NCBI GenBank assembly: GCA_951406725.2
Contig: OX597822.1
Coordinates: 50,034,001 to 50,098,000 of the forward strand
Origin: Octopus vulgaris
Taxonomy: Eukaryota
Direction: 5' to 3'
Length of the DNA stretch: 64,000 nucleotides
The first letter of the stretch is position 1, and each line of letters opens with the position of its first letter. The notes under the pieces were generated by a model. That model ran no database searches. It was not told the DNA's origin and saw only the letters and a list, made by a program, of their open reading frames with translations. The translations under genes were made by a program, and so were the position numbers. This document shows positions 25,560 to 38,649 of the stretch, piece after piece.

Positions 25560-27030
25560 GATTATATAATAGATCTCGGTGAGAGAAATCTATCCATGCT
25601 ACTTATATGCAAAAACATTCACTACAAAAAATATTGAGGTAAAAACCGGCGAAAAGAAGGAGAGTAATGCCTGAAATCTAATTTGACTCCAAATATTATT
25701 CTTATGTCAGAAGAAGACTATATTTAGATTCAATATTTCTTATAGATCTCTACTAGAGGAATCTGATAAGGCCAATTATATCAGAAAACTTTTAAAATAA
25801 AAATCACAGGAGCCAAACGTGCAGCAAAAATTGGTAATGCCTAAAATCAAATTCCAAACCTAATTTTGTTTTTACCTCATACGATATAATTAATCAAGAC
25901 GAGTGTCGTGGTGCTAATATTTTCAAAAAATATCATTCACACTCGGTAGTGTGCGAATAATATTCTTCTGGTCAAAATTTACTCATATCATAAGCCACAT
26001 TTCGAGCTAATAAATTTGAAAATCGGTTCAGTATAAAAAGAAGTTTGAGTGAAATATGTGAGATCAGCAGCGGGAGAAAGACGCCTGGAATCGACTTTGA
26101 CTCCAAATATTAATCTTCTTTCAAAAGTAAGCTATATTTAAATTTAACTCTTCTGATAGATCTCGACTACAGGAATCACATGATGCTAATTATGTCAAAA
26201 AAGTTTTTAAATAAAAAAACTACTGGGGCCAAATTAGCCGAAAACAGTGGTAACGTCTAAAAGTAAATTCAAAATCTAAACATTTTGTTTTTGTGTAAAA
26301 CTTTTGTTTTTGCTTAGCTCATATCATTGAACTCATCAAGACGAGTGTCGTGGTGGTAATCTTTTCAAAAAAATATTTAAAGTGAAAACTGTTATTATAT
26401 AAGCCAAATCTGCCAATAGTACGTAAACCAATTTTCAAGTAATATTATTTCTTATTACGGTACAAAGACAACGAGCTGGCAGAGTTGTTAACACGCATGG
26501 CGAAAGCTTCGAGGAATTTCGCCTGTCACTACATTCTGACATCCAATTCCGCCAAGTTCATCTTTGTGTTTTATCTTTACGGTACTCGATAAAAAGAATA
26601 GCAGCTGAGCAGTGAGGTCAATGTAATCAACTTCCCCTCCCCTTCGGATCTGCTGGCCTTCTGCCAAAATTGGGAACTAATATTGCAAAATGTTTGATTC
26701 GATTCAGTATTTAGGTATCTTGTAAAAGTCTACCTCATATTCACAGAATATACTATACTGTAATAAATGTTTGTAATAAACATCATTCACACCCGGTAGT
26801 GTGTGAATAATATTCTTAATATCAACATATACTCACTTGTGACCATTTCTACGCTTTGTCACTAATTCGGATTTTTATCAAATTTGATGATGCTTATACA
26901 ACTTTAGATTTGTCACCTCTAAGTTACATTTTAGGCTACAAAAGTGGAAATTTGGTTTAGTAAGAAGTTTAAATTTCAAATATGTGAGATCAAAAAGCGG
27001 GGAATAACGCCTGAAATCGACTTCAGGGAT
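25560..27030 (+). repeat. Diverged ~415-bp tandem repeat interrupted by a SINE
   Basis: 25670-25935 ~ 26085-26375 (TTTGACTCCAAATATT, ATAGATCTC, ATCAAGACGAGTGTCGTGGTG); 25933-26095 ~ 26783-27025 (ATCATTCACAC.CGGTAGTGTG.GAATAATATTCTT, AAATATGTGAGATCA). Confidence 0.8.
26466..26680 (+). mobile_element. SINE family A, diverged
   Basis: GAGCTGGCAGAGTTGTTAAC head ... GGCCTTCTGCCAAAATTGGGAAC tail. Confidence 0.7.
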
Positions 27031-28641
27031 ATACATGCGACGCTTCATACATACCTTCGTAAACATACACACACATACGCAATGCACATGCACACAATAC
27101 ACACAATCATACACATGCACATACACATTAGTAACTTTTAAAACGCCCATGAAGGGAAACAAAAGTGAGCTTGGCAAATACTTTGCTTTAAGGGAGGAGG
27201 AGGTAAGTTGACAACAATCGATGACAAGCAAACTCTTTTCTGCTGTCCATCATATTAACATGCATGCTCCTGCATTTTTCGTTGACAACAATCTTTTCTG
27301 CTGTATATACGTGCATTTGTACATATATAAATACGCATTGCAGAAAAATGTTACTGACGTTTAAAGTTTATACATTGTCGTCTAATTATAAACAGGATTT
27401 AGAAGCTGGCATTTTCTGCATGATATTTGTCTATTACAAAACGAAAGCAAAAAAAATTATAAGAGAAATTTTTATTAAACAAACGAAAGCATTACGACGA
27501 CCATAGTAGCAAGAACTAAGTTTTTTTTCAATAATAAGAGTAGCAGAATTTATATTATTAATTCTTAGATTAAATTGACAAGGTTGTTGCTTTCAGCTAC
27601 TATTATTTTCAGAGTTGCAGGGTTCAGATTTTTTTTTTACTTTCAAGCAACAAAGTAAATTTGCCTTAACAAGGGCAGGTGGTTCCTTACGGTGGCTATA
27701 TTTGCATTTTTAAAAGCAAGTGGATTTGCTTTTCAAAAATAAGTGGCTTGTATTTTATTTATGGAAATTGTAGTTTTAAATTGGTTTATGAAAATTGGAT
27801 TATGATATGGAATTTTAGCATATATATGAAAACTTTATTAAAACAAAATTATTCTTCAAAATTTAATGATGCAATATTGTTATTGTTTATTTCTATCAAT
27901 GGGCAAACCTGAAGGTTTCTAGTAATGTTTTTCAGAAAAAGCAAAATGACAGGTGACTCCTACTACTTTATGGTGGATGCATTGGCTACCTTTGCATTTT
28001 AAAAATAATGTTTACATTAGCCAATGCAACGAACCGTGTCCAGATAACTTTTTCTTATTTTTAGAATTTAAGGAAAAGTATGTGAATATTACAAAAACAC
28101 AGCAAATGTCTTATTTTAATTCAATCATCAACAATGAAAAATGATTCAAATATGTTTAAACAACAGAATATTTATTTGTTTTATTGCATAACTCGGGAAA
28201 AATTGAATTACAATGAAAATGCGCATATTATTTGCAACTTCATAATTTAATGTTTGTACTTGATACAACTAGTCAAATGACTATCTTAATTGTATATTTC
28301 AGAAGAGATAATTTCAAAAAAATATTTTGCTTAAATTTATTCTTGATTATTTTTGAAACATGCTTTTAAACATCTACTTATTTTATAGGTAATAGATAAA
28401 ATATACTATCTCAAATTTACCTAATATAGTGTATTTAATTATAAAAATGTTATTCTCGGCTGCAACATTTAAAGTATGGTACAATTTTAATTTTAAGTAC
28501 ATATTAATTTCATTTAGAGGTGACAAATTAGTCAAATTCTACTGTAGAAATTTTGTTCTGTATTTTTCCTGGTGTAATAACTTGAGAATATTAACGTGCA
28601 TGCGCCTGCATATTTCGTTGTAATATAATTATATATATATA

Positions 28642-28713
<72 letters not shown>

Positions 28714-28822
28714 ATCCAAACAAGAAAGCACAAGAAAACACGACAACGCGAGGACGTGGAACAAATATAGTATTATTGGACGCTCAGGAAAGAAGGAAAG
28801 AAGGAGGGTTTAACGTTTCAAG

Positions 28823-28882
<60 letters not shown>

Positions 28883-29039
28883 TATACATACATATATATA
28901 ATCGCAACAAGTATGGATGTCAGTATTTTATACATATTTATGCATGTGTATGCGTGTACATGTTTCATACTAAGTTACTTACTAAGGTATGTATATTAAG
29001 GTTGGAGGAAGCGGACACTTTTGGCCAGCATGCCATGTC

Positions 29040-29902
29040 TCTCAGCTTCGAGGGCGTACCGCAATTTCAGCAGCAGAAAAGCATAATATGCCCCATTTAT
29101 TATGGTGCTCTTTCTCAGAAAATCCATCATCACTACACCGCACTTGTTCCAAAAGTCTATGAGCATCATCTTGCCTGCTGATGTTTGGATACGCGCCTTC
29201 TTTAGAGGTGGTGTGTTATCATGATTCTATTGCTTCGACTGGAGTTTAGTCTCAGGATCATAGTGATGGACGCCTGCTTCTTTCACCCTGTGTGATGACT
29301 CTGCTGAAAAAGTCCTCCCTGTTTTCTTGGCACATTGCCAAAAGAACCTTAGAGCAATTAACTCGTTCCTGCTTCTGAAACTGTGAGCATCAAGGGAATC
29401 CATCGTGCATACAAAATCATGTTTAAATGGTCATGAATGATTTTTTTCCACGCCCCCTACACGTATCGTCACTTCTGGGCTAGTTGCCGAATAGTTATAC
29501 GGCGATGCTTCATAGTGGCGGCTTCTAATTTATGTATGGTGTGGTTATCACTGGCGGAGCAATTTCCACTGATGTCCGACAACGTTTGAACTGGCGATGC
29601 CAACGCTTAACTACTCCGTATCATGGTACATCCTCACCATAAACATCTTTCATATCACCGAAAATCTATTTTGGTGTACGACCTTTCAGGCATAAGTACC
29701 TGATCATTGATCTCCATTCAAATGCCTCCATTATAACACATTAGTGTACTTCAATAGCCGATGAAGACAAACGAAAACTTGTAGAAAAATGCAATTTAAA
29801 ATGTGCTATGTAGGGACCCCTATAATTGTACCTGTACAAGCTCCGTTTTCTACAATGAGCGGACGTGGGTCAGGGTAAATATCTACTGAACAGCCCCCGT
29901 GT
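29040..29902 (-). pseudogene. mariner transposon, 5' half with left TIR, degraded
   Basis: IIHDHLNM..ARWIPLMLT (WVP motif), QKQERVNCSK, FFSRVIT, VHHYDPETKLQSKQ, SAGKMML..FW; terminus CACGGGGGCTGTTCAGTAG at ~29902. Confidence 0.85.
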
Positions 29903-30101
29903 GTCTGCATATATATATATATATATATATACAGACGCCATGATAGATCGTTAGCCACTACATACGTTTTTTTCTGTAGAAGAGCGTAGGCTCGAAACGT
30001 AAAATACTTTTTCTATTCCTGACCGTTATACTAATACATCTGTTTGTTTGTACACCACTTGTCTTTGTCCTTTGTTTCTTTCGTAAACTCTCCCTATTTA
30101 T

Positions 30102-30225
<124 letters not shown>

Positions 30226-30240
30226 TTATTATATAGAAGG

Positions 30241-30291
30241 AGCTTCTACAGGACTAGTACTGTTTCATTCAAGAGAAATCTTCAGGAAGCT
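30241..30291 (-). ncRNA. Type I hammerhead ribozyme (left arm of palindrome)
   Basis: Exact reverse complement of 33866-33916. Confidence 0.8.
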
Positions 30292-30685
30292 ATTTAACAA
30301 GAATTGTATTAGCATTTATACATTTAGGCAGGTTTAAAGGAGTGGTGGTGGGGGACTTTTTGGGGGGTAGGCATAGCGCAAAAATCATACTTGGGGGAGT
30401 GGTCAAGGAGTCAGTGGTAAGTTAGATGAAAGAATAGATAAATAAAAAAATAAATTAAAAAAAAAAAAAAAAGTAAAATAAAATAAAATAAAAAAATAAA
30501 AAAATAAATAAATAAAAAAATAAAAAAATAAAATAATAAAAAAATAAAAAATAAAAAATATATATAAAAATATATATATAAAAAAATATATATATAAAAA
30601 AAGGGGGGGATAGAGTTATAGGTAAATAAGGAGATTCTCACTTATACCTATACACACATGTATACGTATCTACACACATATATAT

Positions 30686-30729
<44 letters not shown>

Positions 30730-31029
30730 ATACACACGCATATACATACATATCTACATACACACATACATACACCCGCCCACATATACAAATTTATACA
30801 CATGCACATGCATATACCTGTCTACACATACACACACGTATATATGCATACACTCACTCCCATGCATACACGCATACACACATGTATATATATACCCACG
30901 ACCACACATACATATATACACAGAAAAATATATATTCATACGCACATACACTCATGCACACACAACACACCTAGTTCCCTATATACACATATTTACACCT
31001 ATATATACATACACCCACATACACATATG

Positions 31030-31067
<38 letters not shown>

Positions 31068-31168
31068 CACGCATACATATATATACACATGCGTGCACAT
31101 ACATACACATACACACATACATACACATACACATACACATGTGTACCTATACATACCTACACATACAC

Positions 31169-31235
<67 letters not shown>

Positions 31236-31653
31236 CCAATACAGGCCCATTCCCTAATTTTAATTTTATTATCTTCATTTATTACTTTTGTTATCTTTGA
31301 TCGCTAGAGCTAAGGATCCTGGCTATGGCAGCATGTCCATTTGTCTGTCTACTAGAAGGCAAGTACTCATTCCCGCACGCACACTCATTAGCACGTACAT
31401 TCACCCATTCGTACACTCATACACATACACGTACGCACGCGTTATATTCATACGTACAAACATCTACATACGTTCACGTATATACACATACGTACTCGTA
31501 CCTACAGATTCGTGTCTACACTTTAGGAGGCCAGTCTATACATATACACCAATAAATATACACATATATAAATATATATACGCATATACATACACACACA
31601 CACACATATACTCCTACATACAGATACATACCTATACATATATATATATATAT

Positions 31654-31696
<43 letters not shown>

Positions 31697-31904
31697 CATA
31701 CATACACATACACACATATATATACACACACATACATACACATATATATACATACACAAACATATATACACACATATATATATATATATACACACATACA
31801 CACACATACATACATATACATACAAACACATACATACGTATACATACATACATACATCCATACATCCATACTTACATGCATTTATACGCATACACACACC
31901 CCCA

Positions 31905-31939
<35 letters not shown>

Positions 31940-32491
31940 TCACACATACATATACAAATATACGCACACACATACATACATACACGTATACACATACACG
32001 CACATACACATATACATGCGTACCCATACACGTGCACACACGCACGTGCATCCATATATATACACACACACACATATATACACGTGTGCAAGCATACATA
32101 CATACTCATACACGCACACATACTTACATATACATATATGCACACACTTACACACATATATATATACATACACATATACATGCATACATACATATATGCA
32201 TACATACACATACACGCACATACATGTATGTATGCATATATGTATGTATGCATGTATATGTGTATGTATATATATGTGTGTAAGTGTGTGCATATATGTA
32301 TATGTAAGTATGTGTGCGTGTATGAGTATGTATGTATGCTTGCACACGTGTATATATGTGTGTGTGTGTATATATATGGATGCACGTGCGTGTGTGCACG
32401 TGTATGGGTACGCATGTATATGTGTATGTGCGTGTATGTGTATACGTGTATGTATGTATGTGTGTGCGTATATTTGTATATGTATGTGTGA

Positions 32492-32528
<37 letters not shown>

Positions 32529-32738
32529 TGGGGGTGTGTGTATGCGTATAAATGCATGTAAGTATGGATGTATGGATGTATGTATGTATGTATACGTATG
32601 TATGTGTTTGTGTGTATATGTATGTATGTGTGTGTATGTGTGTATATATATATATATATATGTGTGTATATATGTTTGTGTATGTATATATATGTGTATG
32701 TATGTGTGTGTATATATATGTGTGTATGTGTATGTATG

Positions 32739-32775
<37 letters not shown>

Positions 32776-33193
32776 ATATATATATATATATGTATAGGTA
32801 TGTATCTGTATGTAGGAGTATATGTGTGTGTGTGTGTATGTATATGTGCATATATATTTATATATGTGTATATTTATTGGTGTATATGTATAGACTGGCC
32901 TCCTAAAGTGTAGACACGAATCTGTAGGTACGAGTACGTATGTGTATATACGTGAACGTATGTAGATGTTTGTACGTATGTATATAACGCGTGCGTACGT
33001 GTATGTGTATGAGTGTACGAATGGGTGAATGTACGTGCTAATGAGTGTGCGTGCGGGAATGAGTACTTGCCTTCTAGTAGACAGACAAATGGACATGCTG
33101 CCATAGCCAGGATCCTTAGCTCTAGCGATCAAAGATAACAAAAGTAATAAATGAAGATAATAAAATTAAAATTAGGGAATGGGCCTGTATTGG

Positions 33194-33260
<67 letters not shown>

Positions 33261-33406
33261 ATGCGTGTATGCATGGGAGTGAGTGTATGCATATATACGT
33301 GTGTGTATGTGTAGACAGGTATATGCATGTGCATGTGTATAAATTTGTATATGTGGGCGGGTGTATGTATGTGTGTATGTAGATATGTATGTATATGCGT
33401 GTGTAT

Positions 33407-33446
<40 letters not shown>

Positions 33447-33865
33447 ATATATATGTGTGTAGATACGTATACATGTGTGTATAGGTATAAGTGAGAATCT
33501 CCTTATTTACCTATAACTCTATCCCCCCATTTTTTTATATATATATTTTTTTTATATATATATTTTTTTTATATATATATTTTTTATATATATTTTTTAT
33601 TTTTTTATTTTTTTATTATTTTATTTTTTTATTTTTTTATTTAGTTATTTATTTATTTTTTTATTTTATTTTATTTTACTTTTTTATTTTTTTATTTTAT
33701 TATTTATTTTTTTATTTATCTATTCTTTCATCTAACTTACCACTGACTCCTTGACCACTCCCCCAAGTATGATTTTTGCGCTATGCCTACCCCCAAAAAA
33801 GTCCCCCACCACCACTCCTTTAAACCTGCCTAAATGTATAAATGCTAATACAATTCTTGTTAAAT

Positions 33866-33916
33866 AGCTTCCTGAAGATTTCTCTTGAATGAAACAGTAC
33901 TAGTCCTGTAGAAGCT
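33866..33916 (+). ncRNA. Type I hammerhead ribozyme (right arm of palindrome)
   Basis: Stem I AGCTTC/GAAGCT; CTGAAGA 33872-78; short stem II TTC/GAA with U.U closing; GAAA 33891-94; stem III ACAG/CTGT around near-palindromic TACTAGTC; cleavage after GUA at 33910. Confidence 0.8.
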
Positions 33917-33999
33917 CCTTCTATATAATAAATTAATTTTACTCTGCTATGTATTGAGTACCTTACTTACTGTGGTTAACCCCGAATCAACCCGGGACC

Positions 34000-34086
<87 letters not shown>

Positions 34087-34560
34087 TAAAACAACGTGTT
34101 TAGCCATTTATTTAACGGCCTGAAACGTTACACTGCAAACTGGTATGGTTCAAATATATTGAGACTTCATTCCTCCTCTCGAGGCAGTTCTTCTTTCCTT
34201 TTATGTTACAAAAGATGACGAATATTATTCTTAGAATTTTCTTTTGCAACACTGCGAGATATTGGAAGCAAAAATGCCTGTTAAATGGGATGATATTTTG
34301 CATTAAAATGCTCAAAGAAGAATAATCGAGAGTAGTCAATTTTCGTTGATCAAGATTTCTCTATTTTCTACTTAATTTGAATTTGATTCCTGATAAACGT
34401 TTATCGTTGTCATTGCCTATATCCTATGAGCATAATACGTTTGCATATATATGCCCAGGATTAGCATAGGTAATTTACATCGGTATAAAAACGATATTAT
34501 TATCCCCTACACGCTTATTCCAACCGCTAACTCTAATTTATATATGTATTAATATATATA

Positions 34561-35263
34561 TAAATTCTGTTTTTAAATGACTTGCTTTGAAGTTTTGCAT
34601 TCGGTAAAATTTGTATAATTTAGTAGTTTTGACTGTCAAGGTCCCTCCTAGCGTGCGGTAGCTATGAATAATAGTACCCTCTATATAATATAAATAAATA
34701 ATTTCAAAGTGGAAAAATTTACAGATTTTTTCTCTTACGAGGTTTTTCACGCTAACTACTGATAATTTCTTATAAAGATTTTATCCTTAATTTTAAATTT
34801 ATATTTTTCACCAGAATAGTTCAATACTAAGTTTTGTTCCGAATAGGCAAATTGTTACCGAAATGCATTGCGAATAAGCCCGCCATTTTCATAGATATGT
34901 AAAGATAAACATTCGTACATGCTACGATGAATTCTACGGTTGGCTGTCGGGTAAGCTATCTTGTGTTTTTTCTTACATGTCTTGAGTTCGTTGCACTGAA
35001 GAGCATAGAATGCATATTCTGCATTGGTTGCGAAATCACAGGTGATATGTAACTAAATTCTGTTTTTAAATGACTTGCTTTGAAGTTTTGCATTGGGTAA
35101 AATTTGTTTATTTTAGTAGTTTTGACTGCAAAGGTCCCTCCTAGCGTGCGGTACCTATGAATAATAGTACCCTCTGGAAAAATTTACAGATTTTTTCTCT
35201 TACGAGGTTTTTCACGCTAACTACTGATAATTTCTTATAAAGATTTTATCCTTAATTTTAAAT
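34561..35263 (+). mobile_element. Retrozyme-like non-coding element: 493-bp unit + 210-bp partial repeat
   Basis: 34561-34798 repeats at 35054-35263 (28-bp indel); HHR immediately precedes the second copy; TA runs on both sides. Confidence 0.8.
34990..35053 (+). ncRNA. Type I hammerhead ribozyme, intact core
   Basis: Stem I GTTGCA/TGTAAC; CTGAAGA 34996-35002; stem II GCA/TGC extended by AATGCA/TGCATT; GAAA 35032-35; stem III ATCAC-AG-GTGAT; cleavage after AUA at 35047. Confidence 0.87.
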
Positions 35264-35276
35264 ATATATATATATA

Positions 35277-35568
35277 ATAGTGAACCTTTAAACACAAGAA
35301 AAACGGCCCTCAACAGGCAGTTTTACATGCTAGAAGAAGTAGTCAAAACGACCAAAACCATATTTTAGAGCGAATTTTTAAAGGGAATGAAAATGAAATA
35401 ACAGTTACCTTGTTATTTTATTCCGGTCAAAATAAAAAGGTAAATGTTTATACTTTTCATTCCCTTTAAATATTGCTCTTAAATGTAGTTTTAGTCGATA
35501 GACCACTTCTTCTAACGTGTAAAACTGCCTCTTGAAGGCAGTTTCTCTTGTGTTTAATTGTACACTAT
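35277..35568. mobile_element. ~290-bp imperfect palindrome (MITE/foldback-like)
   Basis: Arms pair along the whole length: TTAAACACAAGA/TCTTGTGTTTAA, AGGCAGTTTTACA/TGTAAAACTGCCT, TAGAAGAAGT/ACTTCTTCTA, TTTAAAGGGAATGAAAA/TTTTCATTCCCTTTAAA; centre ~35424. Confidence 0.85.
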
Positions 35569-35642
35569 CTTATTTTGAGAATATGTTCTCTATTGACTTT
35601 TTATACATGCTAGGCCACTGGCAGTGAAATTTGTACAAAAAA

Positions 35643-35708
<66 letters not shown>

Positions 35709-35820
35709 TTTCTCGCTTAGCCAGCGGGGTGGCGCCATTTGAAGGCTAAAACAATGCGAATGCATTGTGACCAGCAATGTGTAAAACATCTGATGGTCTG
35801 GTCGGTCACGTGGTCACGTG

Positions 35821-35883
<63 letters not shown>

Positions 35884-36008
35884 ACAAAATAAGGGCAAAA
35901 GAAAAATTCTAATTCCAAATATGCCGAAAAAAAGACAAAAGTTATCAATAACCATTATAATTTATGCGTCTCGAAACAAACCGATAGAAATTTCTAAAAA
36001 ATCCGTTA

Positions 36009-36069
36009 TTACCATATTGGTTCCAATTTCGGGATTAATTCATAAGAATGTTCCCCTCTTCAGCGATAA
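36009..36069 (-). ncRNA. Type I hammerhead ribozyme
   Basis: Minus strand: TTATCG CTGAAGA GGG(GAACATTCTTATGAATTAAT)CCC GAAA TTGG-AA-CCAA TA TGGTAA; stem I relies on two G.U pairs. Confidence 0.75.
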
Positions 36070-36387
36070 ATACGTGAGATATAAGTGAAATACTTACTCA
36101 TAACCATGGAAAAAGCAAGTACTAAGTCCTGAACAGACCTAAGTACCCCACATATATCCAAAATAGAAAATCTTCGGCACATCTCGAGACACGTGTGATT
36201 CAAACTAGAAATTTTCATAGAGTGAGAGAATACGGGAGTGAACACTATTAAATTTATAACTAATGTAGGATAATTATTTTTTCGGGAAAAAATTTTTATC
36301 AATGGCCAGCATATCAAAAAATACCTTTAAAGGTTGAATTTATAATTTACAAAATAAGGACAAAAGAAATTTCTAAAAAATCCTTTA

Positions 36388-36449
36388 TTTCCGTATAGCT
36401 CCCAATTTCGGGGTTAATTCATAAGAATTTTTCCCTCTTCAGCGATAAA
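36388..36449 (-). ncRNA. Second HHR copy, stem III degenerate
   Basis: CTGAAGA GGG..AATTC/GAATT..CCC GAAA TTGGGAGCTA TA CGGAAA. Confidence 0.5.
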
Positions 36450-36483
36450 TACGTGAGATATAAGTGAAATACTTATCATACCC

Positions 36484-36540
<57 letters not shown>

Positions 36541-36789
36541 CATATATATATATATACATATATATGTGTGTGTATAAATATATATATATGTACATATATA
36601 CATATATATATATATATATATACACACATACATAATACATACATGCATACATATACATTCATATACATATATAGGGAGATGTACCTGCATAGCAAGTGAC
36701 TTGATCTAAGACTGTATTTATGTATGTGTCTCCTATTTGTTAATTATTATAAATCTTCCTCTGAGAAAGGAGTCACTTTTCAACAAAGA

Positions 36790-37550
36790 TACAAGGCTCC
36801 ATCTTTGGGATGTTGTTAACACAGACAAATTCACATTTGTAACTTGAGAAATGTTCCACTCCCCTATTGAACTTGAAATGTACGGATTAGCTGGTCACTT
36901 TCTCTTCCTGAAAATCCCAGTTTATTCAGATTCGTCTTTGTGCTTTTACTAACAATACATAGTGCTCCAATTATTATTGATACGAATATGAATTCATAGT
37001 CTGGATATAGAAGCTGGAAGTTTCGAAGCAGTTGTCCATAGATATTTTTTTTTCATTGATTTTCAAAGATATATTTATATTCACAGGGCAGCTAACCTAT
37101 GTATCGGTACATACCTTTTCCCCTCTGTCCCTAACAGCAATTTCCTGCCTGCTATGTTTAGAGTTGACGAAATATCTGATGGCAATATTCTACCAGTATT
37201 CCTTGAGTTGTTGTTTGTGAATGTATTCCATAACAGAGCGATTGTCTAAGTTTATTTCAGGACAGTCTTCTTTTACCGATGGCATTGTAAATTGTTTTAG
37301 CAACAACATGATGCCGCATAGGGAGATGGTCACGTTACGACATCTTAGAACAGCTGCTAATCACGTGCGTAATGCCTACACTTGCAGTTGTACCTTGGGA
37401 TTATAAGACCGCCAGTGCATTTCTTGTTAACCAGGTACTTCGTGGAAATCTGATCTTGGATTGCAAATGCATAGCCTTCAAAGTTTGATGTGATGTAGTG
37501 TTCTACTGTCCAAGGGAGGCTACGCTTCGTGTCATTTCTTTCTTTTTAAG
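36790..37550 (-). pseudogene. RLE-type (R4/Dong-like) non-LTR retrotransposon 3' coding fragment
   Basis: [80 protein letters not shown]; collinear with the 59090-59862 protein. Confidence 0.8.
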
Positions 37551-37552
37551 GA

Positions 37553-37772
37553 GATAGAAAATCAAACCGATACTGAAAGGGCGTTCAAAGAATTCATCGA
37601 CTCCGAACTCCATATTTTTATGTTACTGGAGTAAACAACTTCTAAATCTTTGGCAAAATTGTGTTGATTGCAATGGAACTTACTTTGATGAATAGAATTT
37701 CCGCATTGTTGAAATATATTGTGAGGAATTACATATTTCAAAACGTTGCTTACATTTTACTCAGCCTGATAC
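37553..37772 (+). pseudogene. mariner transposase C-terminus and right TIR remnant
   Basis: ENQTDTERAFKEFIDS...WQNCVDCNGTYFDE*; ends ...TTACATTTTACTCAGCCTGATA (mariner-TIR-like). Confidence 0.75.
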
Positions 37773-37855
37773 ATACATGCATATATACATACACACATAC
37801 ATACATACATACATACATACATACATACATACATACATACATACACACATGCAAA

Positions 37856-37986
37856 CTTAAAAAGAAAGAAATGACACGAAGCGTAGCCTCCCTTGGACAC
37901 TAGACCACTACATCACATCAAACTTTGAAGGCTATGCATTTGCAATCCAAGAACAGATTTCCACGAAGTACCTGGTTAACAAGAAA
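37856..37986 (+). repeat. Inverted copy of 37420-37550
   Basis: 131 bp, about three mismatches by eye. Confidence 0.92.
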
Positions 37987-38083
37987 GGCATGTATGTGTA
38001 TTGACGTCAGGGAAACCATGTTATATTTTCGTCAAGAAATAACAAACAGATGTTTGTACGGCACAATTCACTAATAGAATATT

Positions 38084-38180
38084 ACTAGGCTTACAAAGAA
38101 TAAGTCCTGTAGTAGATTTGTTCGACTAAAGCCGTCGCTACAGCATTGCCGAAGTCAAATGACTGAAACACGTAAAAGAA
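38084..38180 (+). mobile_element. SINE family B 3' end
   Basis: CTAGGCTTACAAAGAATAAGTCCTG..CGACTAAAG..GTCAAATGACTGAAAC as in 12640-12730. Confidence 0.75.
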
Positions 38181-38649
38181 TGAAATGATAAAAGAATACA
38201 TACATGCATACATACATACACGAACATACATACAATCAGTTGTAGCTTTCGTTAGCAAATAGATTTCAAGATTCAAGCTCGATGAAAGACTCGAGTTTAC
38301 GTTATGAGTTATATGCAACAAAGAATACTCGTATATACATATAAATACACATACAGACAGGCAGACAAAACACACACCTACATATACACAGATACATACG
38401 TAAGTCCACGATCCGATGCAAGTTATATATTTAACAAAAAGATAGTTCTAAGTTTAGTGTTTCATAAATTGTTTACACAAATGAATTTTTATCATTCACA
38501 TCACCTGTTTCAGTAGCATGTTTGATTGATTAATAAATCGATTCTATCGATTGCATCATCAAAACATCACGTTTCAACTGGTGAGTTTAAACGGAGGTAG
38601 AAGATTCCCAACAGCCTGCTTTGTTAGGCATTGCCCAAAGAAGAGAGAA

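Larger units (their letters stand above)
35878..36483 (-). mobile_element. Retrozyme-like non-coding partial tandem (~465-bp unit) with two HHR motifs
   Basis: 36343-36483 repeats 35878-36105 (with ~85-bp deletion); bounded by (TA)n on both sides. Confidence 0.75.

Noticed and set aside
31288-33141. Two long ORFs (331 and 411 aa) with identical N-termini on opposite strands
   Set aside because: A consequence of the palindrome; they start at TTG and run into microsatellite, with no recognisable domain.
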